From: Syntrophales bacterium
Lineage (GTDB): Bacteria; Desulfobacterota; Syntrophia; Syntrophales; UBA2210
Length of the DNA: 64,000 bases
NCBI GenBank assembly: GCA_963662405.2
Contig: CAXXKT010000001.1
Coordinates: 32,001-96,000 of the forward strand
Direction of reading: 5' to 3'
Positions within the stretch are counted from its first letter, which is position 1. Each line of letters begins with the position of its first letter. The notes beneath the pieces are model-generated. The model searched no databases, was not told where the DNA came from, and was given only the letters and a program-made list of their open reading frames with translations. Made by a program: the position numbers and the translations under genes. Below, in pieces: positions 1-8,804 of this stretch.

Positions 1-296
1 ATCGGGGCGACCGCCAGTAACCCGCTCTGTATCGGATTCTGGAACTCGTTCATGGGGAATACGAAATACAGGGTCCCGATGCATATAAGCGGAACGGACC
101 ACGCGATACACTGCTTCCCGCCGTACCGGTTGATCGCGTACCAGTTCTCATCGGATTCGAACGCCTGGGACAGCCGGAATCCGTACAGCCTGTTCATCGG
201 CACCTTCTTCGCCACAAGGGGGACACTGACGAGGATAAACACCACCCCGCAGGTAATGTTTGCGATGCCCAATAGTGTCGCCTGGCTTTCCATCAT
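1..296 (-). CDS. SdpI/YhfL family membrane protein (3' end runs off window)
   Basis: Not in the ORF track. Hand translation: MMESQATLLGIANITCGVVFILVSVPLVAKKVPMNRLYGFRLSQAFESDENWYAINRYGGKQ..., a TM helix followed by the N-x-x-YG-x-R...W...NR-x-x-G pattern. Confidence 0.75.
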   Translation of the reverse strand, partial: MMESQATLLGIANITCGVVFILVSVPLVAKKVPMNRLYGFRLSQAFESDENWYAINRYGGKQCIAWSVPLICIGTLYFVFPMNEFQNPIQSGLLAVAP

Positions 297-327
297 TGCT
301 CTCTTCTCCGATTCGAAAGGCCCTCCA

Positions 328-920
328 TCAGCACCGTGGATCGGGCGACCGGAAGGACACCATGAACCAGGTGATAACCGAGCCGAGACACGCGCCCGCT
401 ATCACATCGCTCGGGTAATGGACCCCCAGGTAGACCCGGCTCAACGCGACCAGGGAGGCCACCCCGAAGATCGCCCATCGTCCCCGTCGAAACCGCCCCG
501 CCAGAACGACCGCGATCATGAACGCGTTGTTCGCATGACCCGAAGGGAATGACCCGCTATGGTGCAGATGCCGGGTTTCGTCCGACAATAGCCGCACGGT
601 TTCGGCCTGCGCCGCAAAGGGCCGGGGTCGCTGAATCAGGTGTTTGAGGCCGCCATACACCCCGACGTTTACCACATATATCACAGCCATAAAGAGGCAG
701 AAGGATCCGGCCGCCTTTATCATCGCGCTCCGGGGCCTGTTTCTGAAGCGGGGGCCAGCTGGAAGGACATGACCAGGCCGATACCGCCAATCCACAGCCA
801 CACGACAGACAAATCGCCAAGATGCGTGACGAGAGGCATGATCACATCAAGAACGGGATTCGAGCAGTCCCTGTTGATCCAGGAAAGGACTGTTCTGTCA
901 AGCTGGAGAATATTGATCAT
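328..920 (-). pseudogene. PAP2 family phosphatase split by an apparent frameshift
   Basis: ORF 720-920 carries the N-terminus (LD...WIN...LD..MP..THLG). ORF 328-801 carries KxxxxRPRP, SFPSGH and SRVYLGVHYPSD in another frame. Confidence 0.75.
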
Positions 921-988
921 ATAGCCTCATCCTTTTGATATCGTGACGCGATTTCTACACGCGCATAATGGTGAACAGTCGTGTTCAC

Positions 989-1276
989 TCAGCACCCTTC
1001 AACGGCGATCAGCAGGCCGGTTGCCGCTCCCGTTCGCAGCTTTTTGACCTCCCGGTACTCCGGGGAGTTATACCAGTCCTGTGCCTTCCGAAGCGAAGGA
1101 AACTCTATCAGGACAATCCGTTTGCCTTGATCTTCACCTTCGAGAACGACGGTCTCCCCGCCACGGGCTCGATACCGGCCCCCGTGCGCGGCGATCACCC
1201 CCGGAGACTCTTTGAGATAGTCTTGAAATTTTTCCCAATCGGTCACTTCCACTTGGACAATAACGTATGCCGGCAT
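989..1276 (-). CDS. DUF1330 family protein
   Basis: MPAYVI...HGGRY.ARGG...LEG...RIVLIEFPS...WYNSPEY. Confidence 0.9.
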   Translation of the reverse strand: MPAYVIVQVEVTDWEKFQDYLKESPGVIAAHGGRYRARGGETVVLEGEDQGKRIVLIEFPSLRKAQDWYNSPEYREVKKLRTGAATGLLIAVEGC

Positions 1277-1311
1277 GTCATAGCTCCTTCCGTGTTACAA
1301 ATAAATTCTGA

Positions 1312-2190
1312 TCACCGTGTATGTATAGCTTTTTTGGCGACAATTGCAATATCGGGAGACTCGGGAGAAAAAGGTGCCCCCGCGACATCAGAGTAGAACT
1401 CCGCGACCTCAAATCCGCTCTGTTCAAACTCTTCCCGCAACGTGTCCCGGCTGAAATACTGGAGCCAGTTATATATGACGCGGGCTCGCGCCTCTTCAAT
1501 GATCGTATATTTATCGAGCGTGACCTTTTCCTGTTCGTATTTGAATATGTTCATGAACCCGTAATACTCTTCGGGAGACCAGAAGTGATCGAGGAGATTG
1601 CGCTCGCACAGGACGGCCTCCTTTCTGCGGTTGAACTCATTGAACGAATGAACATCCAGGAGAACCGCTCCTCCGGGCTTCAGGAATGCGTGAAACCGGG
1701 CAAGGAGCGTTTTCCTCTGTGACGGGCTGAGCGCGCAAAAATCGCAGAAGATCATCGTAATGAGATCGAATCGTTTCTCCGTTTCAAACTCCAGATAGTT
1801 CCGCTGGCAATAGTCAATATTCAATCCTCTCTGTTCGGCGACCTCCCGCGCGTACCGGATCGACCGCGCGGAGAAATCGATCCCGGTTACTTCGGCACGA
1901 TGCTCCGCGAAGGGGGTCGTATAGAGCCCCGGACCACACCCGAAATCGGCGATACCGGTATGGGCGCCGATGCCAAAGTGCGACACGACCCATCGGACAG
2001 AACGGTCGATGAACCCTTTATTGCGGGATGAAAGATCGATGTTCTCATCCAGATGATACGCAAGCATCTTCTGCGACGTATACTCGTCCGTCCAGAGCTG
2101 ATCCGCGGTGTAGAACTCGAACGGCGCGGGGCGCGCGTTTATGGTTTCCAGGGCATCGATCACAGATGGCTTCACTGTATTTTTTCGCAT
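1312..2190 (-). CDS. class I SAM-dependent methyltransferase
   Basis: DFGCGPGLY motif I, GIDFS, FDLI. Start is ATG 2190 or GTG 2163. Confidence 0.9.
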   Translation of the reverse strand: MRKNTVKPSVIDALETINARPAPFEFYTADQLWTDEYTSQKMLAYHLDENIDLSSRNKGFIDRSVRWVVSHFGIGAHTGIADFGCGPGLYTTPFAEHRAEVTGIDFSARSIRYAREVAEQRGLNIDYCQRNYLEFETEKRFDLITMIFCDFCALSPSQRKTLLARFHAFLKPGGAVLLDVHSFNEFNRRKEAVLCERNLLDHFWSPEEYYGFMNIFKYEQEKVTLDKYTIIEEARARVIYNWLQYFSRDTLREEFEQSGFEVAEFYSDVAGAPFSPESPDIAIVAKKAIHTR

Positions 2191-2286
2191 AACGGGTGGA
2201 TGGCTTGCCTTAAAGGGGTTCAGACTATCCCCAGGTTCAAGATACGCTCCGCACAAAGGGCAGTCGGCGAGAGCGGCTGGTATCCG

Positions 2287-2604
2287 CTAGAGATAATCCT
2301 TTCGCGGAGGGCTGAAGAAATCCAATACTTCGCCAGGTTCTATGATTTCAATGCTATGCGCAACGTCGCGAGGAATAGAATATGAATCTCCCGGACCAAT
2401 CTCGGCCACGACATTATCTATGATAATTCTGTACCTTCCAGAAATCACATACCCGCTCTGTTCGTTCGGGTGCTTATGTAACGGGGGATTGTCCCCTTTC
2501 TTGTAAAGCATTTTTGTTACCATTGACTCCGGGCCATGAGAGAGCAAAACAAAATCCACCCCCAGGAAACTCCTCCGCTGTGCCTCGTTCGATTGAACTA
2601 TCAT
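2287..2604 (-). CDS. cupin domain protein
   Basis: HKHPNEQSGYVISG...GDSYSIP..VAHS...FFSPPRKDY. Confidence 0.9.
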   Translation of the reverse strand: MIVQSNEAQRRSFLGVDFVLLSHGPESMVTKMLYKKGDNPPLHKHPNEQSGYVISGRYRIIIDNVVAEIGPGDSYSIPRDVAHSIEIIEPGEVLDFFSPPRKDYL

Positions 2605-2713
2605 CTCGCCTCCCTATTGGTGTTCCAAATCATTTGCTGCGGATGACCTACCCCGACAGAGTCGATTCAATCAAGAGGATTTATGTGTTTGGGCACACTC
2701 TGAGCCGCCTCGA

Positions 2714-3205
2714 TCAAACCGTGTCGGCATACAACGTGCGCCCCAGGACAAACAAGACCGGAATAGAGGCCGCGATCCCCAGCGCGACTGCCGGGCCGGC
2801 CCAGTAGAAAGTAGGCAGTTCGATCCGGCCCTCGGAAAGGGCGCGGCTCAGATATAAAATGCCAAGGGGCAGGTTCAGGACGAGCGCCGTGGCGGTTCCG
2901 GGCATGTACCGCCGCAGAAAGACCGATCCGAAAACGTGGGGAATGAAGACATTGAGAACCATGGCCAACACACAGCCAGCCATCAGATACGCGCTGACGC
3001 TCCCGGCGGCCGTAAGAGACGAGGAAACCATAAAGATAACCAGCAGCGCGGAAAGGACAATGACGGCAAAGCGAAACACACGAGGGGCCACCGGTGTATG
3101 CCACCTGCCGGCATGGACCGACCAGGCCGGAAGCCACATCGCCTCCTCCGTGTTGTGAATCAATACCCCCACGGTAAACAACCATCCCAATTGTGTCAGA
3201 GACAT
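2714..3205 (-). CDS. HXXEE domain membrane protein
   Basis: HNTEE motif, later PH and Y.PG.ATA, multiple TM segments. Confidence 0.85.
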   Translation of the reverse strand: MSLTQLGWLFTVGVLIHNTEEAMWLPAWSVHAGRWHTPVAPRVFRFAVIVLSALLVIFMVSSSLTAAGSVSAYLMAGCVLAMVLNVFIPHVFGSVFLRRYMPGTATALVLNLPLGILYLSRALSEGRIELPTFYWAGPAVALGIAASIPVLFVLGRTLYADTV

Positions 3206-3285
3206 ATGCAACCGGACCTCTCAATCACCTGAAACCGTTCACCCTTCCCGACGCCCCACCGCTTTCTCATTCTCGTTATATCCCA

Positions 3286-3900
3286 TTATCTGTCGGTCAT
3301 CGCAAGCTTCACTCCCAGTATGGCAAAGGTCGCTGCGAAAGATCGCTGCAGCCAGCGTATGAACCGGGGAGAGTTCACGACGTATCGTCTGATACTATGT
3401 GCCGAGATGCCGTACATGATAAAAATGATCAACGTCATGGCCATGAACACCATGCTGAGGAGGATCATCTGCGCGGTTGGCGACAAATCGTGGGGGGAGA
3501 TAAAAAGGGGTAGGAACGCCACGAAAAATATGGATAATTTGGGATTCAGGATATTGATCAGGAATCCCCTTCGGGCAATCCGCCATAATCCGTTTCCTGA
3601 AGGAGGGGCGTCGAACCGCAATGCGCCCGTTTCGTGCCACATGGACCAGGCAAGGTACAGCAGATAGAGCGCCCCCGCATATTTGAGCGTCTGGAACGCC
3701 ACGGCACTCATGTGCAGTATCGCGGACAGCCCGAGGATACTCGCCGACAGATGGGGGATGATCCCCGCCGTACAGCCGCAGGCGGCGGCAAGGCTCGCCC
3801 GCCAACCTAAAAAGAGACCATTCGAAACCGTATAGATCACCCCGGTCCCCGGTACCAGGACAACGATCAGCGAAGTTATCAGAAATTCCGTATTCCACAT
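3286..3900 (-). CDS. LysE family translocator
   Basis: PGTG, KYAGALYLLYLAW, NILNPK motifs. Confidence 0.92.
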   Translation of the reverse strand: MWNTEFLITSLIVVLVPGTGVIYTVSNGLFLGWRASLAAACGCTAGIIPHLSASILGLSAILHMSAVAFQTLKYAGALYLLYLAWSMWHETGALRFDAPPSGNGLWRIARRGFLINILNPKLSIFFVAFLPLFISPHDLSPTAQMILLSMVFMAMTLIIFIMYGISAHSIRRYVVNSPRFIRWLQRSFAATFAILGVKLAMTDR

Positions 3901-3937
3901 CGCCGTCTTCCCTTTTTCCTGTTCACAAGGCGTCCCC

Positions 3938-5023
3938 TTATTTCTTCCAATCCGACGCTGCAGGGTAGTCGGGAACTGAGGTCGCGTGCTTCACGGCGTT
4001 GATAATGGCTGTTTTCATGGCCTCTGCCGCGGCCGTTCCCGCCAGATTCACGATATCCGCCGATGCAGCCCTCGAAGCACCCTCCTGAGAGGGAACCGAA
4101 ACGGCAAAAATCGTATCCCCGTCATACATGGTATGGGCCGGGTTGATGGCACGCGCCATCCCGTCATGCGCCATCCGGGCAACCTTTTGCAACTGGGCTT
4201 TCCCAAGCGGGATATTGGTGGCCACCATCCCGATAGTGGTGTTGGTCCCGGGAAAGATATCCTGTATCTCCTGGGCAAGGACGACTTTAACCGATGACTG
4301 AAACGTTCCTGCCTCGTCCCCCCGGACACCGGCTATGATTCGATCACCCTCAATCACATCGCCCAGCGCATTCACCGCCACCAGCGCTCCCACCAGTACG
4401 CCTCCGGGCAGACGAAGCACGGCGGATCCCAACCCGGATTTCATGGCCCTGCTTTTACCCAGGAATTTCCCCACGGTGGCGCCGGTCCCCGCGCCGACAT
4501 TCCCCATTTTCACCGGTGAATGGTCCGCCTTCTCACAGGCCTGGAATCCCCACTGTGCCGACGGCCTGACCGTGGGGTTTCCGATGTCGAGGTCAAAAAG
4601 GACGGCCGCCGGTACAATGGGCACCACGATCCCCTCTCCCACGGGAAAACCGATATGCTCCCGTTCCAGACAGGCCATGACGCCGGATGCGGCATCCAGA
4701 CCGTAGGCGCTGCCTCCGGCAAGGACGATGGCATGAACTTTATCCACCAGGTTCACCGGATCCAGCAAATCCGTTTCGCGGGTCCCCGGCGCGGAGCCCC
4801 GTACATCCACCGCCGCGGTGGCGCCCCCGGTCGCGAACCGGACCACGGTGCACCCCTTCAGGCTTTTCGTATCCGTGTAATGCCCCACGCGGATACCCGG
4901 GATCGCGGTGATGGTGCAATTTTCCGATTCACTGCCCGCCGCCGCTACGCCCCGGAGCGGCACGCACAGGAGCAGGAGGATCAACAGGACAACACTCAGA
5001 TTGTTACCAAGATATCGATTCAT
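3938..5023 (-). CDS. P1/DmpA family peptidase (S58) with signal peptide
   Basis: GIRVGH, VDVRGSAPGTRETDLL, GGSAYGL, NTTIG, DGDTIF, plus a hydrophobic N-terminal signal. Confidence 0.9.
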   Translation of the reverse strand: MNRYLGNNLSVVLLILLLLCVPLRGVAAAGSESENCTITAIPGIRVGHYTDTKSLKGCTVVRFATGGATAAVDVRGSAPGTRETDLLDPVNLVDKVHAIVLAGGSAYGLDAASGVMACLEREHIGFPVGEGIVVPIVPAAVLFDLDIGNPTVRPSAQWGFQACEKADHSPVKMGNVGAGTGATVGKFLGKSRAMKSGLGSAVLRLPGGVLVGALVAVNALGDVIEGDRIIAGVRGDEAGTFQSSVKVVLAQEIQDIFPGTNTTIGMVATNIPLGKAQLQKVARMAHDGMARAINPAHTMYDGDTIFAVSVPSQEGASRAASADIVNLAGTAAAEAMKTAIINAVKHATSVPDYPAASDWKK

Positions 5024-5247
5024 TATCTTCCTTTCTCGACACGAATCCCTTCAGACCGGCCCCTTCGAACACCCTGGTGATCATCCCTTCACCGGACCGG
5101 ACCGCGTTCATAGAATCAGGTATCGTAAATCATTTAAAACGTTTTCGCTATCGTTTTAGCAGCAATCGGCAAGGAGTTTCAAGAAATACCGATGTTCCCG
5201 GTCGAGAACCGTTTCGGGAACAAAAGGATATCCATGGCATGCGCCCT

Positions 5248-5877
5248 TTAGCCGCCCGAGTCCCGGTTCGCAGCCAGGGCACGCATACAGGACTTCAGTG
5301 AGGCTATCGTATCTTCCGCGCTGGTGAAGAGGAGGGCACGGATACCGACATCCCAGGCGCCGTTCAGGGCTTCTTCATCATCATCGATCAGCAGTGCCTC
5401 GGCGGGGGCGACATCGAGCCTCTTCAGGGTGAGTTCATAGATCTCCCGTTCCGGTTTGACGGTCCGTTCCATGCATGAGAAGGTGAAGACGTCAAACATG
5501 GGATAGTTCAGTTCCCGGCAGTAACGGGCGGCCGGTTCCTCCGCGTTCGACAGGAGCGCCGTCCGGAATCGGTTTCCCTTCAGGAGGGCGACCATGTCGA
5601 ACATCTCCGGTCGGGGAACGTACGCCCTGCGGAACGCCTCACCCCAGAGAGAGGGAACACGCGGAGGGGACACCTGCAGGTCACCGCACGCCCTCCGCCA
5701 GAATTCTTCCTCCGAGATCTGTCCTCGGAGAAAGGGAGGATAGTGTGTCTCCCGCACCTCGGCGAACCGCGCCGCCGGGACACCCAGGGTGGCGCTGCAG
5801 TATGCAACCAGCGCGGGAGTGGGATTGTCGATCAGGACCCCTCCCCAATCAAAGATGACCGCCTTGATACCATTCAT
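5248..5877 (-). CDS. HAD family phosphatase
   Basis: VIFDWGGVL, LSN, KPEREIY, LLIDD. Confidence 0.9.
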   Translation of the reverse strand: MNGIKAVIFDWGGVLIDNPTPALVAYCSATLGVPAARFAEVRETHYPPFLRGQISEEEFWRRACGDLQVSPPRVPSLWGEAFRRAYVPRPEMFDMVALLKGNRFRTALLSNAEEPAARYCRELNYPMFDVFTFSCMERTVKPEREIYELTLKRLDVAPAEALLIDDDEEALNGAWDVGIRALLFTSAEDTIASLKSCMRALAANRDSGG

Positions 5878-5943
5878 GACCCGATCCCCCGGGGTTCACG
5901 ATATTCGTTCCTTCAATCCCGGCTCTCATCCGGGAGCATTTCG

Positions 5944-6186
5944 TCAGCCCACGATGCGCAGGGCGAGGTAAGGGACGAGGTTGAACAGGATGATCCCGAG
6001 TTTAAACAGGCCCATTCCCGCATAGTGGATGGTATCGAATCGGTCGACCGGGATGGCAAACCACCTGCCGTGCAGCCGGTACATCCAATCGTGGGCCAGG
6101 ATATAGATCAGGGACCACAACAGCAAAAGGCCGATATTGATGACCGAACACCACGCCAGCATGCTCCGTGTCAGTTCCATGGTCAT
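5944..6186 (-). CDS. small membrane protein (DUF6868-like)
   Basis: MLAWCSVINIGLLLLW...HGRWF...HYAGMGLFKLGIILFNLVPYLALRIV. Confidence 0.75.
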   Translation of the reverse strand: MTMELTRSMLAWCSVINIGLLLLWSLIYILAHDWMYRLHGRWFAIPVDRFDTIHYAGMGLFKLGIILFNLVPYLALRIVG

Positions 6187-6211
6187 GATTTCATCCCCCC
6201 CAGGCACACAG

Positions 6212-6386
6212 CACAAAACCCCGCCTCTGTGTGAGAAACGGGGTTCTGGTATAATTCGTCCATATGCTCCTCTTTCCATGAAATGAAAAGAAGCAAGCCA
6301 CGATTCCGTCATATACTTCCGATAACACTTTTTTCCATACTACATTGCCGAAAGGGTTGTCAAATTGTTCGTGTTCTCTTTCCGCC
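6212..6386 (-). repeat. copy 1 of a ~175-bp diverged repeat (promoter-like, hairpin, terminator-like)
   Basis: Aligns colinearly with 7279-7454 through GGCGGAAAGA-N12-TTTGACAAC, TTTCGGCA.TGTAGTA, GGAGCAT.TGG and CCCCGTTTCTCA.ACAGAGGCGGGGTTTTGTG. Confidence 0.85.
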
Positions 6387-6513
6387 GTCCTCCCGAACGG
6401 CACTGACCGAACTTCATGCCCGGGGGATTCGATCCGACGGGGTTCCTCTCAGGGAGAAAAGGGTGGCGAATCGGGGGTCAATGCCTTAAAAGGACTTCCT
6501 GCCTAAGAAGATC

Positions 6514-7140
6514 TCAATCTTTTTCCAATACGAAGAATCGGTGATAGGTATTCTGAGGTACTGTGCGATTGACGATGATCCGGAACCCCGCACGCTCAAT
6601 ATCCGCCACGATTCTCTTCAGCGGATATCCCCGGACACCGATTTCCCAATAATGATTCCGTCCCGCCGGTTTTTCATACGGCGGATATCGACCGATATCC
6701 CGGAATATACCTATGTAGGCATCTTTTTTCATCCAAGGCAGATGTAACTGAAAATCAAGATACTTCCTGCCCTGGGGAAGCGAGAGGAGAACATGCTTCC
6801 GGGCTACCCGGTAAAACGATCGAAGGCAGGGGAGAAACTGATCGTATTCCAGGTGTTCGAGCACCTGAAACGATGCGATCAGATCAAACGACTCTTCCTT
6901 GAACGGCAGTGTCCTGATATCGGCCGTAATATCGGCGGCGACATCTTTGGATATGTCGCAGGTCAGCATAGAGTATCCCAGTGCTCGCAGGGTGGACGAC
7001 ATGATCCCGTCGCCGACACCCAATTCAAGGATGGTATCCGGCCGGCATTCCGAAATATACTGCATCTGCCAGTAGTAACTGACCCACCGGTTGTATTTGA
7101 TCCGTTTGTAGTATGTATCATCACTTCTGGAGAGGATCAT
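6514..7140 (-). CDS. class I SAM-dependent methyltransferase (type 11-like)
   Basis: ILELGVGDG, LPFKEESFDLI, QVLEHL. Confidence 0.88.
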   Translation of the reverse strand: MILSRSDDTYYKRIKYNRWVSYYWQMQYISECRPDTILELGVGDGIMSSTLRALGYSMLTCDISKDVAADITADIRTLPFKEESFDLIASFQVLEHLEYDQFLPCLRSFYRVARKHVLLSLPQGRKYLDFQLHLPWMKKDAYIGIFRDIGRYPPYEKPAGRNHYWEIGVRGYPLKRIVADIERAGFRIIVNRTVPQNTYHRFFVLEKD

Positions 7141-7278
7141 CGTTATTGCCTCAATACCGTTGAAAATCGATGGCGACCGTTCTCCTCGCACATCTCATAC
7201 CGAAAGTCGGTACGTATCCGTTGATAGACAGCCTTGACACCAACAACTCCCCTGACATTAACAGCCCCGGTCCCACGA

Positions 7279-7454
7279 CACAAAACCCCGCCTCTGTCTG
7301 AGAAACGGGGCCCCGATATCCCCAAACCACATGCTCCCCTTCTCGCAAGATGAAGAGGGGCACGCCAGGATTACGACGCGTACGCACTAAAACGATTAGT
7401 TTTCTTACTACAGTGCCGAAACAGTTGTCAAACTCTTCATATCTTCTTTCCGCC
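7279..7454 (-). repeat. copy 2 of the ~175-bp diverged repeat
   Basis: Same blocks and near-identical spacing as copy 1 (176 vs 175 bp). Confidence 0.85.
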
Positions 7455-7500
7455 AATTTCTCGAGTTCTCGATTGGGTTCAATACCGCATATACAACGAA

Positions 7501-7521
7501 AGCCGGGACTATATCCCGGCT
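7501..7521 (-). terminator. probable terminator downstream of gldA
   Basis: AGCCGGGA-TATAG-TCCCGGCT followed by TTCGTTGT on the minus strand. Confidence 0.55.
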
Positions 7522-7597
7522 CACATCGGCAGTGCAGGCCTTTCGGGAAAATCGCCCGTACGGAAACGCCCGGCACTGTGTAAAATAATTGTTGCTC

Positions 7598-8689
7598 TTA
7601 CCCTTTTCGGCGAATGCCTTCCGCATTCGCCATTTTCAACGAAGCGACCACATCTTGCGCGGTTACCGGGATCAATTCATTGTGAACGGATTGCTTCGCC
7701 CCGCAGGCAATCTCGGCAACCTTCATCAGATCATCGTCCGACACGCCGTCGAGGCCGATATCGGCGAACGTCGAGGGCAGACCGACCGATCGACAGAAAG
7801 AATAGACCTCGTCGATGGTTTCCTTCGGCTTGTCGGTGAGGAAAAGAGAGGCAAGGACCCCGAGGGCGACCTTCTCGCCGTGATAATACCCATGGCACTG
7901 CTCAAGCGCCGTCAGGCCGTCATGGATTGCATGTGCCGCGGCAAGACCACCGCTTTCAAATCCCAGACCGCTCAGGAGGGTATTGGCCTCCGTGACGTGT
8001 TCCAGCGCGGGGGTAACGACCTTCGCTTCACATGCCATTTTGGCCGCCATGCCATGTTCGATAAGGAGATCATAACAGAGACGCGCAAGGGTGAAGACCG
8101 CCGCCGACCCGGCGCCCCCGGCCATATTCCGGGCATGTTTGATCATACACGATTCCGCCTCGAACCACGTGGCCAGCGCGTCACCCATCCCCGCCACCAG
8201 GAGTCTCACGGGCGAACGGGCGATGATGTCCGTATCGACCAACACGACATCGGGGTTTTTCCGAAGGACCAGAAGGCGTTTAATGCGTCCCGTCTCACGG
8301 TAGATCACCGACAGGGCACTGCACGGGGCATCCGTCGAGGCAATGGTCGGGACCACGATGACCGGACACGAGAGATTGTGGGCAACCGCCTTGGCCGTAT
8401 CCAGGGTCTTTCCCCCGCCGATCCCGATGATTACGTCACATGCCGCGTTCTTCGCCAGATCACCCAACCGGTCGATCTCTTCATCCAGACATTCACGCCC
8501 GAACCGCTCGGCGACAATCGGAACGGCGGCCTCCAGCTCTTCCCTGAGGGGGGGAAGAACGGTGTCAAAGGATGAGGGACTGCAGATGAGAAACCCCTTC
8601 GTCCCATAGCGGGGGATCAGTTTGGTCAGACGCGCGATAGCGCCGCTCCCTTGTACATATCGTCCGGGGAAAATAGTGGTCGTAATCAT
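7598..8689 (-). CDS. gldA: glycerol dehydrogenase family alcohol dehydrogenase
   Basis: FPGRYVQG, GIGGGKTLDTAK, PTIASTDAPCSAL, AAHAIHDGL, HGEKVA. Confidence 0.9.
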   Translation of the reverse strand: MITTTIFPGRYVQGSGAIARLTKLIPRYGTKGFLICSPSSFDTVLPPLREELEAAVPIVAERFGRECLDEEIDRLGDLAKNAACDVIIGIGGGKTLDTAKAVAHNLSCPVIVVPTIASTDAPCSALSVIYRETGRIKRLLVLRKNPDVVLVDTDIIARSPVRLLVAGMGDALATWFEAESCMIKHARNMAGGAGSAAVFTLARLCYDLLIEHGMAAKMACEAKVVTPALEHVTEANTLLSGLGFESGGLAAAHAIHDGLTALEQCHGYYHGEKVALGVLASLFLTDKPKETIDEVYSFCRSVGLPSTFADIGLDGVSDDDLMKVAEIACGAKQSVHNELIPVTAQDVVASLKMANAEGIRRKG

Positions 8690-8804
8690 ACCGTATACCT
8701 TTCCTGTGAGATGATTGTGGGCGGAGCATACCATCGGTCCGCTTCGAAAGCAATCACCTCGGATTCACCTCAACCGGCACGAGAAGATACTGTCTCTCCC
8801 GTCC

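Noticed and set aside
720..722. Selenocysteine readthrough of the TGA in the PAP2 gene
   Set aside because: The downstream half is in another frame and TAA follows immediately.
1..7200. Integron cassette array (many small co-oriented accessory genes)
   Set aside because: No RYYYAAC...GTTRRRY attC-type structures in the spacers inspected, and no integrase in the window.
6212..7454. The repeat as a c-di-GMP/c-AMP-GMP or glycine riboswitch, or as IS ends
   Set aside because: The GEMM core is absent, the lone CTCTCAGG (~6446) is on the other strand without the rest of the glycine aptamer, and the copies are direct with no transposase.
6283..7583. Plus-strand ORFs beginning MKR in both repeat copies as type I toxins
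   Set aside because: Frame and sequence are not conserved after a few codons, and there is no RBS or conserved TM helix.
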